Assembly: GCA_963555825.3 (NCBI GenBank) | Contig: CAUVXB020000002.1 | Coordinates: forward strand, 1,984,001 to 2,048,000 | Reading direction: 5' to 3' | DNA: 64,000 nt | DNA from: Alphaproteobacteria bacterium | GTDB taxonomy: Bacteria > Pseudomonadota > Alphaproteobacteria > JAAXGF01 | Shown here: piece by piece, positions 54,075-64,000 of the stretch | Numbering within the stretch: the stretch's first letter is position 1 | How the letters are laid out: the number at the start of each line of letters is the position of its first letter | Notes under the pieces: model-generated | Seen by the model: only the letters and a program-made list of their open reading frames with translations | Database searches by the model: none | Told to the model about the DNA's origin: nothing | Position numbers and translations under genes: made by a program

Positions 54075-55481
54075 ATGGACGGGCTGATCGGCATGACCGC
54101 GCGACAGGCGGTCGACGCGCTGCGCGAGGGTCGGGTCTCGCCGCTCGAGCTGATCGACGCGGCCGAAGCGCGCATCGCCGCGGTCGACGGCGCGATCAAC
54201 GCGCTGCCGACGCGCTGTTTCGAGCGTGCGCGCGCACACGCGCACCGGCTGATGGCGCTGCCGGTCGCCGAGCGCGGCCTGCTGGCCGGTCTGCCGTTCG
54301 CGGTCAAGGACCTCTCCGACGTCGCCGGCGTGCGCACGACGCGCGGCTCGCCGATCTACGCCGATGCAGTGCCCGAGCGCTCCGACATCATGGTCGAGAC
54401 GCTCGAGGCGCGCGGCGGCATCGTCATCGCCAAGTCGAACACGCCCGAGTTCGGCGCCGGCGCCAACACCTTCAACGAGGTGTTCGGCAAGACGCGGAAC
54501 CCGTGGAACACCGAGTTGACCTGCGGCGGCTCGTCGGGCGGCGCGGCGGCGGCGCTGGCGGCCGGCGAGGTGTGGCTCGCGACCGGCTCGGACCTCGGCG
54601 GCAGCGTGCGCATCCCGGCCGGCTTCTGCTCGGTGGTCGGCCTGCGCCCCGGTCCCGGGCGCATCGCCGGCGGGCCCGATCCGATGCCCTTCGCCGATCA
54701 GTCGGTCAAGGGGCCGATGGCGCGCACCGTCGGCGATGTGGCGCTGATGTTCGACGCCATGCTCGGCGCGCATCCGGAAGACCCGCGCAGCTTCGATCCC
54801 CCCGCGCGGCCGTTCCTCGCCGCGGTCGACGAACCGGTCGCGCCGATGCGCATCGGCTTCAGCCGCGACCTCGGCATCTCGCCGGTCGAGCGCGAGACCG
54901 CCGAGATCTGCGCCGCCGCCGCCGGCCGCTTCGCCGAAATGGGCGCAACGGTCGAGCACGCCTGCCCCAATTTCTCGGGCGCGATCGAGACCTTCCAGAC
55001 GCTGCGCGCATCGCGCTTCGCGGCCACCATGGCCCCGCTCCTCGAAAGCCATCGCGACCAGCTCAAGCCCGAGGTGATCTGGAACATCGAGGCCGGCCTG
55101 GCGCTCTCGGCCGACGACGTCGGTAAGGCCGAACGGATGCGCGCCACGCTGTTCCACCGGGTCGCGGCGTTCTTCGGCGAGCATGACCTGCTTCTGTGCC
55201 CGACCACGGCGGTGCCGCCGTTCGACGTCGACATCCGCTATCTGACCGAGATCGGCGGCGTCGAGTTCGACAACTACGTCGACTGGCTGGCGATTACCTT
55301 TGTGCTGACCCTGACCAGCTGCCCGGTCTTGAGCGTGCCCTGCGGCTTCACGAAGGCCGGTTTGCCGGTCGGCCTGCAGATCGCCGGGCCGCCGCGCGCC
55401 GAGGCCGCCGTGCTTAGCGCCGGCACGCTGTTCGAGGATCTCGCCGGGCTCGCCGGCCGCGTGCCGATCGATCCGCGCTAG
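54075..55481 (+). CDS. Amidase-signature family enzyme
   Basis: VKD, KSNTPEFG, GGSSGG, GSDLGGSVRIP. Confidence 0.93.
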   Translation: MDGLIGMTARQAVDALREGRVSPLELIDAAEARIAAVDGAINALPTRCFERARAHAHRLMALPVAERGLLAGLPFAVKDLSDVAGVRTTRGSPIYADAVPERSDIMVETLEARGGIVIAKSNTPEFGAGANTFNEVFGKTRNPWNTELTCGGSSGGAAAALAAGEVWLATGSDLGGSVRIPAGFCSVVGLRPGPGRIAGGPDPMPFADQSVKGPMARTVGDVALMFDAMLGAHPEDPRSFDPPARPFLAAVDEPVAPMRIGFSRDLGISPVERETAEICAAAAGRFAEMGATVEHACPNFSGAIETFQTLRASRFAATMAPLLESHRDQLKPEVIWNIEAGLALSADDVGKAERMRATLFHRVAAFFGEHDLLLCPTTAVPPFDVDIRYLTEIGGVEFDNYVDWLAITFVLTLTSCPVLSVPCGFTKAGLPVGLQIAGPPRAEAAVLSAGTLFEDLAGLAGRVPIDPR

Positions 55482-55485
55482 AATT

Positions 55486-55582
55486 TTGTCCGGTCACCTT
55501 TGACTCGCGTTAAGCTGACCTGCGCTCAATCGCCGCGCTTGCCAATCGTATGGGATCAAGGGTGGCCGAACGGTCGGCGGCC
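55486..55582. repeat. ~95-bp structured dispersed repeat, copy 2
   Basis: Close match to 38879-38972. Confidence 0.85.
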
Positions 55583-55700
55583 CGCAGTCGCGGGCTGGAA
55601 GAATCGGTCCATACTCGAGCGATCGGATCATGCGTTGGTCGTTGTAGCGGCGGCGTCGAGCCATTACATATGACGCCGCCCCGACATTTCCCCGCCGGAT

Positions 55701-56438
55701 ATGCTTAACGGATACCTCGCCGCGCTGCGCCAGCTCCCCGACCCGCCGATCCTCGCCGTGATCTGGCGCGTCGCGCTGTGGACCGCACTGATCTTCGGCG
55801 CGCTTGCCTGGGGCCTGATCGTGGCTGTTCTCAGCTTCGACCCGACGTTCAGCTTCGCCTGGGTGCCCTTCGAGTGGCTGCGCGACGCGGTGATCTGGAT
55901 GGCCGAGTTCGTCTTCTGGCTACTCGGCGGCTTCATCTTCTTCGTCGTCTTGTGGCTGTTGTTCGCCGCGATCGTTCAGTTCGTCGCTGGCTATTACCTC
56001 GAGCGCGTCATTGCGGCAGTCGAGGCGCGCCACTTCCCCGACCTGCCGCCGGCGACGCCGCCGACGCTCAGGGCGACGCTCGGCGCCATGCTGCGGCTGT
56101 TCGCCTCGATGCTGCTGTTCAATCTGGTGGCGCTGCCGATCTATTTGATCCCGACCGTCGGCGTTGTCGTCTTCTACGTCCTCAACGGCTATCTGCTGGG
56201 CCGCGAGTATTTCGAGATGGTCGCCATCAGGCGGTGCGACGCGGCAGCGATGCGCGCCATGCGGCGTGCCCATAGCGGCCCGCTGATGGGCGCCGGGTTG
56301 ATCACGACGCTGCTGCTTTCGCTGCCCCTGGTCAACCTGATCGCGCCGATCGTCGCCGCCGCGGCGATGGTGCATATCTACGGGCCGCAGGCGCGCGAGG
56401 CGGGCGTCGCAGCGGCCATCACGGCGCAGCCGTCATGA
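55701..56438 (+). CDS. EI24/CysZ-like membrane protein
   Basis: Multiple TM helices, VEARHFP, NGYLLGREYFE, PLVNLIAP. Confidence 0.85.
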   Translation: MLNGYLAALRQLPDPPILAVIWRVALWTALIFGALAWGLIVAVLSFDPTFSFAWVPFEWLRDAVIWMAEFVFWLLGGFIFFVVLWLLFAAIVQFVAGYYLERVIAAVEARHFPDLPPATPPTLRATLGAMLRLFASMLLFNLVALPIYLIPTVGVVVFYVLNGYLLGREYFEMVAIRRCDAAAMRAMRRAHSGPLMGAGLITTLLLSLPLVNLIAPIVAAAAMVHIYGPQAREAGVAAAITAQPS

Positions 56439-56929
56439 GAATCCGGGTCGCGATCGCCGGGCTCGCGCTGCTCGTCGCCGGCTGTCCGGCGACCCAGAAC
56501 CCGGCCGGCGCGCCGCCCGAGACCAAGCCGCCCAAGACCCAGCAGATGGTGACGATCGAGCCGGCGCCGGCGCCCACACCCGCCGATCCGGCGGTGGTGA
56601 CTGTCGCGCCGGCCGCCGAGCCCGAGGCGATCGCCCGGTTGCCCGAGGCCGAACCGATCGACGACGACCCGGCGCAGCTCATGGCGCTCGACGGCGCCGC
56701 GCTCGCGGCGCTGCTCGGGCCGCCCGGCCTGTTGCGCGAGGAGCCGCCGGCCGAGGTCTGGCTCTACCGAGGGGCGGGGTGCGCGCTGCATGTTTTCCTC
56801 TACCCCGAGCGCGCCGGCGCGCCGCACCGCGTCACCTACTACGAGGTGCGCGGCGGCAGCAGCGGCACGGCGGCCGAACGCCGCTGCCTGCGCGGCCTTC
56901 TCGCGGCCAAGCGCGGCGCCGCGTCCTAG
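56435..56929 (+). CDS. Putative lipoprotein
   Basis: Lipobox VAGC, Pro-rich linker, LLGPP..REEPPAEVWLY..C.LHVFLY. ATGA overlap with the upstream gene. Confidence 0.8.
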   Translation: MRIRVAIAGLALLVAGCPATQNPAGAPPETKPPKTQQMVTIEPAPAPTPADPAVVTVAPAAEPEAIARLPEAEPIDDDPAQLMALDGAALAALLGPPGLLREEPPAEVWLYRGAGCALHVFLYPERAGAPHRVTYYEVRGGSSGTAAERRCLRGLLAAKRGAAS

Positions 56930-57199
56930 CCCGGATTTCTCACCAAGGACAGGCGCGTCATCGCGCCGCGCGGAGTCGATCCGCCAGGAGAAGGCCGCAG
57001 AGCATGGCCTGGGCTACGGTCAAGACCTTCGACGACGCGGGCGGCCCGCCCGGCGCGACCCTTAAGGGCGGCGGATCTCGGACGACAGGCCGCGTCGAAG
57101 CGCTTGCCCGATGCGATAGCATCGCGCTGCACGCTTTTCCTAGCCTGTCGGCCGATATCCGCCGTGCCGCACCTGTCCTTGGTGAGAAAGCCGGGCTAG
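56926..57199. mobile_element. 274-bp MITE bounded by CTAG
   Basis: CTAGCCCGGATTTCTCACCAAGGACAGG / CCTGTCCTTGGTGAGAAAGCCGGGCTAG (27/28). Confidence 0.9.
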
Positions 57200-57230
57200 A
57201 CGTGGCCATGCCTCGAGCCGCCAGTCTCTC

Positions 57231-57317
57231 TTAAACGTAAGCAGTATACGTTTACATGCGGCCGCGTCGTGAGCGGTCAAGCATGTCATGACCAATAAAT
57301 ATATACTGCTTACGTAT
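57231..57317. repeat. AT-rich inverted-arm element, copy 1
   Basis: ACGTAAGCAGTATA ... TATACTGCTTACGT around a GC-rich spacer. Confidence 0.85.
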
Positions 57318-57329
57318 TGTGCGGGTCTC

Positions 57330-57968
57330 TCATTCCGCCGTCGTCTTGCCGCGCCAGCGGCAGAACTCGTTGACCGCGCAGCTCGGGCAGTCGGGTTTGC
57401 GCGCGGTGCAGACGTAGCGGCCGTGCAGGATGAGCCAGTGGTGTGCGTGCTGCTTCCACGTCGCCGGCACGACCTTCTGCAGCTTGTCCTCGACGGCGCG
57501 CGGCGTCTTGGCGGGCGCCAGACCGGTCCGGTTGGAGACCCGGAAGACATGGGTGTCGACCGCGATGGTCGGCTCGCCGAAGGCCGCGTTGAGCACCACC
57601 GACGCCGTCTTTCGCCCGACCCCGGGCAGCGCCTCGAGCGCCTTGCGTTCGCCCGGTACTTCGCCACCGTGCTGGTCGATCAGCTGGTGGCTCAGCGCGA
57701 TGACGTTCTTGGCCTTTGCGTTGTAGAGACCGATCGTCTTGATGTAGCCGCGCAGTCGCTCCTCGCCGAGCGCGACCATCGCCTCGGGCGTGCCGGCGAC
57801 CGCGAACAGCGGGCCGGTCGCCTTGTTGACCGAGACGTCGGTCGCCTGCGCCGAAAGCACCACGGCGACCAGCAGCGTGTAGTGGGTGGAGAATTCGAGC
57901 TCGGTTTCGGGCGCCGGATTAACGACGGCGAGGCGGCGGAAAAATTCACCGACATGGGCGCGTTTCAT
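57330..57968 (-). CDS. nth: Endonuclease III
   Basis: LSAQATD, LPGVGRKTA, VDTHVFRV, CTARKPDCPSC..C cluster. Confidence 0.97.
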   Translation of the reverse strand: MKRAHVGEFFRRLAVVNPAPETELEFSTHYTLLVAVVLSAQATDVSVNKATGPLFAVAGTPEAMVALGEERLRGYIKTIGLYNAKAKNVIALSHQLIDQHGGEVPGERKALEALPGVGRKTASVVLNAAFGEPTIAVDTHVFRVSNRTGLAPAKTPRAVEDKLQKVVPATWKQHAHHWLILHGRYVCTARKPDCPSCAVNEFCRWRGKTTAE

Positions 57969-58080
57969 GGCCCGGCACGATAGCCGGGCGCCGGCGCCGC
58001 GCAAAGCACTAACCGGCCGCGCGTCACGCGCGCCAAGCGGGTCTTTGACGGCGCCGGCCGGTGCGCCGTATTGTTCGGCC

Positions 58081-58596
58081 ATGGTCTCTGCCTTGCCGGC
58101 ACCGGCGGCCCGGCCGCCCCTGATGTTCGACGCGGTGCTGACGCCACACCGTTCGCTGACGCGCGTCGGCTTCGCGGTGCTGATCGCCGTGTTCGCGGTG
58201 CTCAGCTTCGCGGTCGGCCTGTTCTTCTTCTTGATGGGCGCCTGGCCGGTGATCGGCTTCTGCGGCCTCGAGGTCGTCGCGCTCTACGCCGCGTTCCGGC
58301 TGAGCTATCGAAGCGGCCGGTTGCGTGAAACGCTACAGCTCTCGGCCGAGCGCCTGACGGTGCGCCGCTTCGCGCCGTCGGGAACCATGCGCGAGTGGCG
58401 CTTCGCGCCGTTCTGGTTGCGCGTCGACATCGACGACCCACCGGCCAACGACAGCCGGTTGACGCTCAGCTCGCACGGCCGCAGCCTGACGGTGGGAGGG
58501 TTCCTCACGGCGCCCGAGCGCTTCGCGCTAGCCCAGGCGTTGCGCGCCGCGCTTGAGCGCCTGCGCGGCGGGGCCAACCCCGCGCCCGCGGCCTGA
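58081..58596 (+). CDS. DUF2244-like membrane protein
   Basis: LTPHRSL, GAWPVIGFCGLE, GGFLTAPER. Divergent from nth. Confidence 0.85.
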   Translation: MVSALPAPAARPPLMFDAVLTPHRSLTRVGFAVLIAVFAVLSFAVGLFFFLMGAWPVIGFCGLEVVALYAAFRLSYRSGRLRETLQLSAERLTVRRFAPSGTMREWRFAPFWLRVDIDDPPANDSRLTLSSHGRSLTVGGFLTAPERFALAQALRAALERLRGGANPAPAA

Positions 58597-58646
58597 ACGC
58601 GCCGACCCGCGGCAGGCACCCCGACAAGCGAATTCGAGAGGCGAAG

Positions 58647-61061
58647 ATGGAAACCCATGCGAAGGTCGTGGTCATCGGCGGTGGCGTCGTCGGCTGCTCG
58701 ATCCTGTTTCATTTGGCGAAGTTCGGCTGGCCGAACGTCGTGCTGCTTGAGCGCGCCGAGCTGACCTCGGGGTCGAGTTGGCATGCGGCGGGGCAGATTC
58801 ACACGATCAGCTCCGACCCCAACATCTCGCGGCTGCAGGGCTACACGATCAATCTCTACAAGGAGATCGAGGAAACCTCGGGCCAGTCGGTAGGCATGCA
58901 CGAGACCGGCGGCTTCTACCTCGCCTCCAACGAGATTTGGCACGACTACCTCAAGCGCGAGCGTTCCAAGGCACGCTACATGGGCCTCGATCAGGAATTC
59001 ATCTCGGTCGAGGAAGCCGCTCGGCGGCACCCATTGATCGATCCCAGCCGTTACGTCGCCGCGCTGTGGGACCCGCTCGACGGCGACATCGACCCCTCGG
59101 GCGTGACCCATGCCTACGCCAAGTCGGCCCAGCACTACGGCGCCAGCGTCCATAGCCGGACGCCGGTCGTCGAGACCAACCAGCGGCCCGACGGCTCATG
59201 GGACGTCGTCACGCCCTCGGGCACGATCAACGCCGAGATGATCGTCAACGCCGGCGGTCTCTGGGCCCGCGAAGTGGGCCGCCTGGCCGGCCTCGATCTG
59301 CCGGTTCAGCCGATGGAGCACCACTACCTGATCACCGAGGCGATCCCCGAGATCGTCGAGCGTGGCGCGGAGCGGCTACCCGCCGGCATCGACTACGAAG
59401 GCAACATGTACTTCCGGCAGGAACACCAGGGCATGCTGCTCGGCACCTACGAGCCGAGCTCGACGCCGTGGATGGTGGCGGGAACGCCGCAGGCGTTCGG
59501 ACACGAGCTGCTGCCGCCCGATCTCGACCGCATCTCGGAGCGGCTCGAACTCGGCTTCGAGCGCATCCCGGCACTCGGCCGCGCCGGCATCAAGGACGTC
59601 ATCAACGGCCCGTTCACCTTCGGCCCGGACGGCAACCCGTTGATCGGCCCGGTACCCGGCATGCGCAACTACTGGGTCGCGGTCGGCGTCATGGCCGGTT
59701 TCTGCCAGGCCGGCGGCGTCGGTCTCTGCATGGCCGAATGGATGATCGACGGCGAGCCGTCGATCGACGTCTGGGCGATGGACGTCGCCCGCTTCGGCGA
59801 TTTCGCGACGCCTGACTGGGGTACCGTGAAGTCGTCGGAGAACTACGAACGCCGCTTCGTCATGACCTTCCCGAACGAGACACTGCCGAAGGGCCGCCGC
59901 CAGAAGACGACGGCGCTCTACGACCGTTTCGTCGCGCGCGGCGCGGTGATGGGCGACGCCTTCGGTCTCGAATCGGTGCTCTGGTTCGCCGATGGCCCCG
60001 ACGACGCCCACGAGGAGCCGACCTTCCGGCGGTCGCGCGCGCATGACTACGTCGCCGCCGAGGTGAGGGCCGTGCGCGAGGCGGTCGGCGCCGTCGAGAT
60101 CGCCAATTACGCCAAGCACGAATTCACCGGCGACGGCGCGCGCGCGTTTCTCGATCACATCCTGGCGGGGCGGGTGCCGAAGCCGGGGCGGCTGACGCTG
60201 ACGCCGATGCTGACGCCCAAGGGCAAGCTGTACGGCGACCTCACGGTGGCCTGCCTCGACGACGAGACGTTCATGCTGTTCGGCTCCGGCGCCGCGCAGG
60301 AGATGCATCGCCGCTGGTTCGAAGGACGGTTGCCGGAAACCGGCGTCCGCTATCGCAACCGCTCCGACGAGTTTCACGGCATGGCGATTGCCGGCCCGAA
60401 CGCGCGTGAGCTGCTGGCGCGCATCTGCCGCGACGACGTTTCGGGCGAGGCGCTCAGGTTCCGCGATATCCGCCGCAGCTTCGTCGGCGGCGTGCCGGTG
60501 ATCCTGGCGCGGCTTTCGTTCTCGGGCGAGCTGGGTTACGAGATCTACTGCGCGCCGCAATACCAGCTCAGGCTGTTCGAGGCGATCGAGGCAGCCGGCG
60601 CGGACCTCGGCTTGAAGCTCTATGGCGCGCGTGCCCTGATGGCGCTGCGCCTGGAGAAGAACTGGGGCGCCTGGACGCTCGACTTCCGGCCCGATTTCAC
60701 GGCCGCGCAGTCGGGCCTCGACGCCTTCATCGACTGGGACAAGGATTTCGTCGGCAAGGACGCCGCGCTGGCCGAACGCAAGGCCGGTCCGGACAAGAGA
60801 CTGGTCACGCTGGTCGTCGGCACCGAGGACATCGATGTCTCCAACGACGAAGCGATCATGAGGGACGGCGCGGCGGTCGGCTATGTCTCATCGGGCGGCT
60901 ACGCCCACTGGGTCGAAAAGAGTATGGCGCTCGGCTATGTGCCGCCCGAGCTGGCGGCCGACGGCACCGAGGTGGAGATCGAGATCAACGGACGCTTCTA
61001 TCCGGCGACCGTGACGGCGCATCCGCTCTACGACGCCAACGGATCGAAGATGCGCGGCTGA
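58647..61061 (+). CDS. Dimethylglycine/sarcosine dehydrogenase-like flavoprotein (DAO + GcvT)
   Basis: IGGGVVG, LTSGSSWHAAG, NGPFTFGPDG, SFSGELGYE, ALRLEK. Confidence 0.92.
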   Translation: METHAKVVVIGGGVVGCSILFHLAKFGWPNVVLLERAELTSGSSWHAAGQIHTISSDPNISRLQGYTINLYKEIEETSGQSVGMHETGGFYLASNEIWHDYLKRERSKARYMGLDQEFISVEEAARRHPLIDPSRYVAALWDPLDGDIDPSGVTHAYAKSAQHYGASVHSRTPVVETNQRPDGSWDVVTPSGTINAEMIVNAGGLWAREVGRLAGLDLPVQPMEHHYLITEAIPEIVERGAERLPAGIDYEGNMYFRQEHQGMLLGTYEPSSTPWMVAGTPQAFGHELLPPDLDRISERLELGFERIPALGRAGIKDVINGPFTFGPDGNPLIGPVPGMRNYWVAVGVMAGFCQAGGVGLCMAEWMIDGEPSIDVWAMDVARFGDFATPDWGTVKSSENYERRFVMTFPNETLPKGRRQKTTALYDRFVARGAVMGDAFGLESVLWFADGPDDAHEEPTFRRSRAHDYVAAEVRAVREAVGAVEIANYAKHEFTGDGARAFLDHILAGRVPKPGRLTLTPMLTPKGKLYGDLTVACLDDETFMLFGSGAAQEMHRRWFEGRLPETGVRYRNRSDEFHGMAIAGPNARELLARICRDDVSGEALRFRDIRRSFVGGVPVILARLSFSGELGYEIYCAPQYQLRLFEAIEAAGADLGLKLYGARALMALRLEKNWGAWTLDFRPDFTAAQSGLDAFIDWDKDFVGKDAALAERKAGPDKRLVTLVVGTEDIDVSNDEAIMRDGAAVGYVSSGGYAHWVEKSMALGYVPPELAADGTEVEIEINGRFYPATVTAHPLYDANGSKMRG

Positions 61062-61081
61062 ACATCGCGCCGCGCGCTTTA

Positions 61082-61160
61082 TTAAACGCAAGCAGTATAT
61101 ATTTATTCGGCGGCTCCGGCACGGCGCGGCGGTCTTAAAATATATACTGCTTATGTTTAT
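61082..61160. repeat. AT-rich inverted-arm element, copy 2
   Basis: TAAACGCAAGCAGTATATATTT ... AAATATATACTGCTTATGTTTA. Confidence 0.85.
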
Positions 61161-61171
61161 TGAGGGTCGAC

Positions 61172-61984
61172 TTAGTCGTCGAGCCCAAGCACGTCGGCCA
61201 TGCCGTAGAGACCGGCCGGCTTGTCGCGCGCCCAGAGCGCGGCGCGCACGGCGCCGCGCGCGTAGATCTCTCGGCTGGTCGCGCGGTGGGTCAACTCGAA
61301 GCGTTCGCCGTCGGCCGCGAAGATCACCGTGTGCTCGCCGACCAGGTCGCCGCCGCGCAATGCAGCCATGCCGATGGCGCCGCGCTGGCGTGGCCCGGTG
61401 ATGCCGTCGCGGCCACGCATCGCCACCGCGTCGAAGTCGACGCCGCGCCCGGCCGCCGCGGCGCGGCCGAGACCGAGCGCGGTGCCCGACGGCGCATCGG
61501 CCTTGTGGCGGTGATGGATCTCGACGATCTCGATGTCGTAGTCGTCATCGAGCGCGGCGGCGACCCGCTCGGTCAGGCGCATCATCAAATTCACGCCGAG
61601 GCTCATGTTGGGCGCCCAGACAATCGCGCAGCCTTGCGCCGCGGCCTCGAGCGCGGCGGCCTGATCGGCGTCGAGCCCGGTCGTGCCGATGACGTGGATC
61701 GTGCCTGCCTGGGCGGCGAGGCGGGCATGTTCGACGGTCGCCGCGGGCGCGGTGAATTCGAGCACCGCGTCGGCGGCCGCGAACAGCGCGGCCGCGTCGT
61801 CGCCGACCGTCACGCCGGCCGCCGCGAGGCCGGCCAGCACGCCGACGTCGGCGCCGATCGCGTCGCTACCGGCCGGCTCGGTGCCGCCGACCAGCGCGCA
61901 ACCCTCGGTGGCGTCGATCTGGCGCACCAGCATGCACCCCATGCGCCCGGCGCAGCCGACGATACCGATCTTCAGCTCAGCCAT
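61172..61984 (-). CDS. dapB: 4-hydroxy-tetrahydrodipicolinate reductase
   Basis: [34 protein letters not shown]. Confidence 0.97.
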   Translation of the reverse strand: MAELKIGIVGCAGRMGCMLVRQIDATEGCALVGGTEPAGSDAIGADVGVLAGLAAAGVTVGDDAAALFAAADAVLEFTAPAATVEHARLAAQAGTIHVIGTTGLDADQAAALEAAAQGCAIVWAPNMSLGVNLMMRLTERVAAALDDDYDIEIVEIHHRHKADAPSGTALGLGRAAAAGRGVDFDAVAMRGRDGITGPRQRGAIGMAALRGGDLVGEHTVIFAADGERFELTHRATSREIYARGAVRAALWARDKPAGLYGMADVLGLDD

Positions 61985-62094
61985 GTCGCCCCCTTGGAAT
62001 TGCAATCCGTCTCACAGGGTATCATGAGGGCAAACGATAACGTCGAATGGACCATGGGTATAGCTTGGTGACGCGGTAGAGGCGGCCGTCGAAG

Positions 62095-63216
62095 CTAGTC
62101 GCGCAGGTCTTCCCAGAATTCTTTGACCTTGTCGAAGAAGCCGGCCGATTCGGGGCTGATCTCGGCGCCGCCCGAGCGCTCGAACTCGCGCAGAATTTCC
62201 TTCTGCTTCTTGTTCAGATTGACCGGCGTCTCGACCACCGCCTCAATGTACATGTCGCCGCGGCCCGCGCCGCGCAGGCCCGACATGCCCTTGCCCTTGA
62301 GACGGAACTGGCGGCCCGACTGGGCGCCCGCCGGGATGGTGACGCGCGCCCGGCCGCCATCGACTGACGGCACCTCGATGGTGCCGCCGAGCGTCGCCGT
62401 GGTCATGGTGATCGGCACCCGGCAATAGGTATCGGCGCCATCGCGCCGGAAGAAGCGGTGCGGCTTGATCGTCAGGAAGATATAGAGATCGCCCGGCGCC
62501 GCGCCGCGCATGCCGGCCTCGCCCTCGCCAGCGAGCCGGATGCGCATGCCGTCGTCGACGCCCTCGGGGATGTTGACCGAAAGCGACTTCTCGCGCCGGG
62601 TGCGGCCGTTGCCGCGGCAAGTGCCGCAGGGGTCGGTGATGATCTGGCCGGCGCCCTGGCAGTTCGCGCAGGTGCGCTCGAGTGTGAATAAGCCCTGCTG
62701 GGTGCGCACCTTGCCGGCGCCGCCGCAGGTACCGCAAGCGCTCGGGCGTGAGCCCGAGGCGGCGCCCGCGCCGCCGCAATCGTCGCACACCACCAGCGTC
62801 GGCACGCGCACCTTGGCGCGCTTGCCGTGGTAGGCCTCCTCCAGCGTGATCTCCATGTTGTAGCGCAGATCCGCGCCGCGCGCCGGGCCGGCCCCGCCGC
62901 GCCGGCCGCCACGGAACTCGCCGAACAGGTCGTCGAAGACGTCGGCGAAGCTGGAGGTGAAGTCGAAGCCGCCGGCATTGGCGCGGGCCTGGTCGAAGGC
63001 GGCGTGGCCGAAGCGGTCGTAGGCTTGGCGCTTCTCGCCGTCCTTCAGGACTTCGTAGGCCTCGGAGGCCTCCCTGAAGGACTTCTCGGCCGCCGCGTCG
63101 TCGGGGTTGCGGTCGGGATGGTGTTTCATCGCGAGCTTGCGATAGGCCCGCTTGATCGCTTCCGCATCGGCATCGCGGCCAACGCCGAGGACCTCGTAAT
63201 AATCGCGCTGAGCCAT
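62095..63216 (-). CDS. dnaJ: Chaperone DnaJ
   Basis: J-domain HPD motif and four CxxCxGxG repeats. Confidence 0.98.
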   Translation of the reverse strand: MAQRDYYEVLGVGRDADAEAIKRAYRKLAMKHHPDRNPDDAAAEKSFREASEAYEVLKDGEKRQAYDRFGHAAFDQARANAGGFDFTSSFADVFDDLFGEFRGGRRGGAGPARGADLRYNMEITLEEAYHGKRAKVRVPTLVVCDDCGGAGAASGSRPSACGTCGGAGKVRTQQGLFTLERTCANCQGAGQIITDPCGTCRGNGRTRREKSLSVNIPEGVDDGMRIRLAGEGEAGMRGAAPGDLYIFLTIKPHRFFRRDGADTYCRVPITMTTATLGGTIEVPSVDGGRARVTIPAGAQSGRQFRLKGKGMSGLRGAGRGDMYIEAVVETPVNLNKKQKEILREFERSGGAEISPESAGFFDKVKEFWEDLRD

Positions 63217-63293
63217 ACCGCTTCACGGACACGCCGTCCCGACGCCGGGCGACCGCCTGCCTCCGCCTGTTCCCGACCGTCCGCCGCCGCGCT

Positions 63294-64000
<707 letters not shown>

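Noticed and set aside
57231-57317. CAGTATATA arms as LexA/SOS boxes next to nth
   Set aside because: Half-sites are not arranged as CTG-N10-CAG, they lie at gene 3' ends, and alphaproteobacterial LexA uses a different motif.

Overview
High-GC alphaproteobacterial (Rhodospirillales-like, inferred from gene order) chromosomal window. Most of it is housekeeping backbone: rimP, trmB, metK, lnt-corC-ybeY-phoH-miaB, fur, mucR, tsaB, trpS, murJ, glnD, mutS, maeB, ald, nth, dapB, dnaJ, dnaK. Two accessory islands interrupt it (~30.95-35.9 kb and ~41.0-51.6 kb). Main observations: (1) a ~76-bp bipartite palindromic site (28+20+28 bp) marks cargo-gene boundaries in both islands, in inverted pairs, like a cassette system with no recombinase in view; (2) these sites host a nested hierarchy of elements: IS1182-type elements insert at the same GGTC of the site, and their terminal repeats are hit in turn by an IS110/IS1111 element and a tandem IS630 dimer; (3) the IS110 3' non-coding end shows all four predicted bridge-RNA guide segments, matching its actual target (the IS1182 TIR) and its own circle junction; (4) several MITE and palindrome families lie in core intergenic gaps, three at CTAG amber stops; (5) a candidate four-way-junction RNA leader precedes metK; (6) a large Sel1/Pro-Glu-repeat gene carries several lesions. 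All calls were made by eye, with no database searches.
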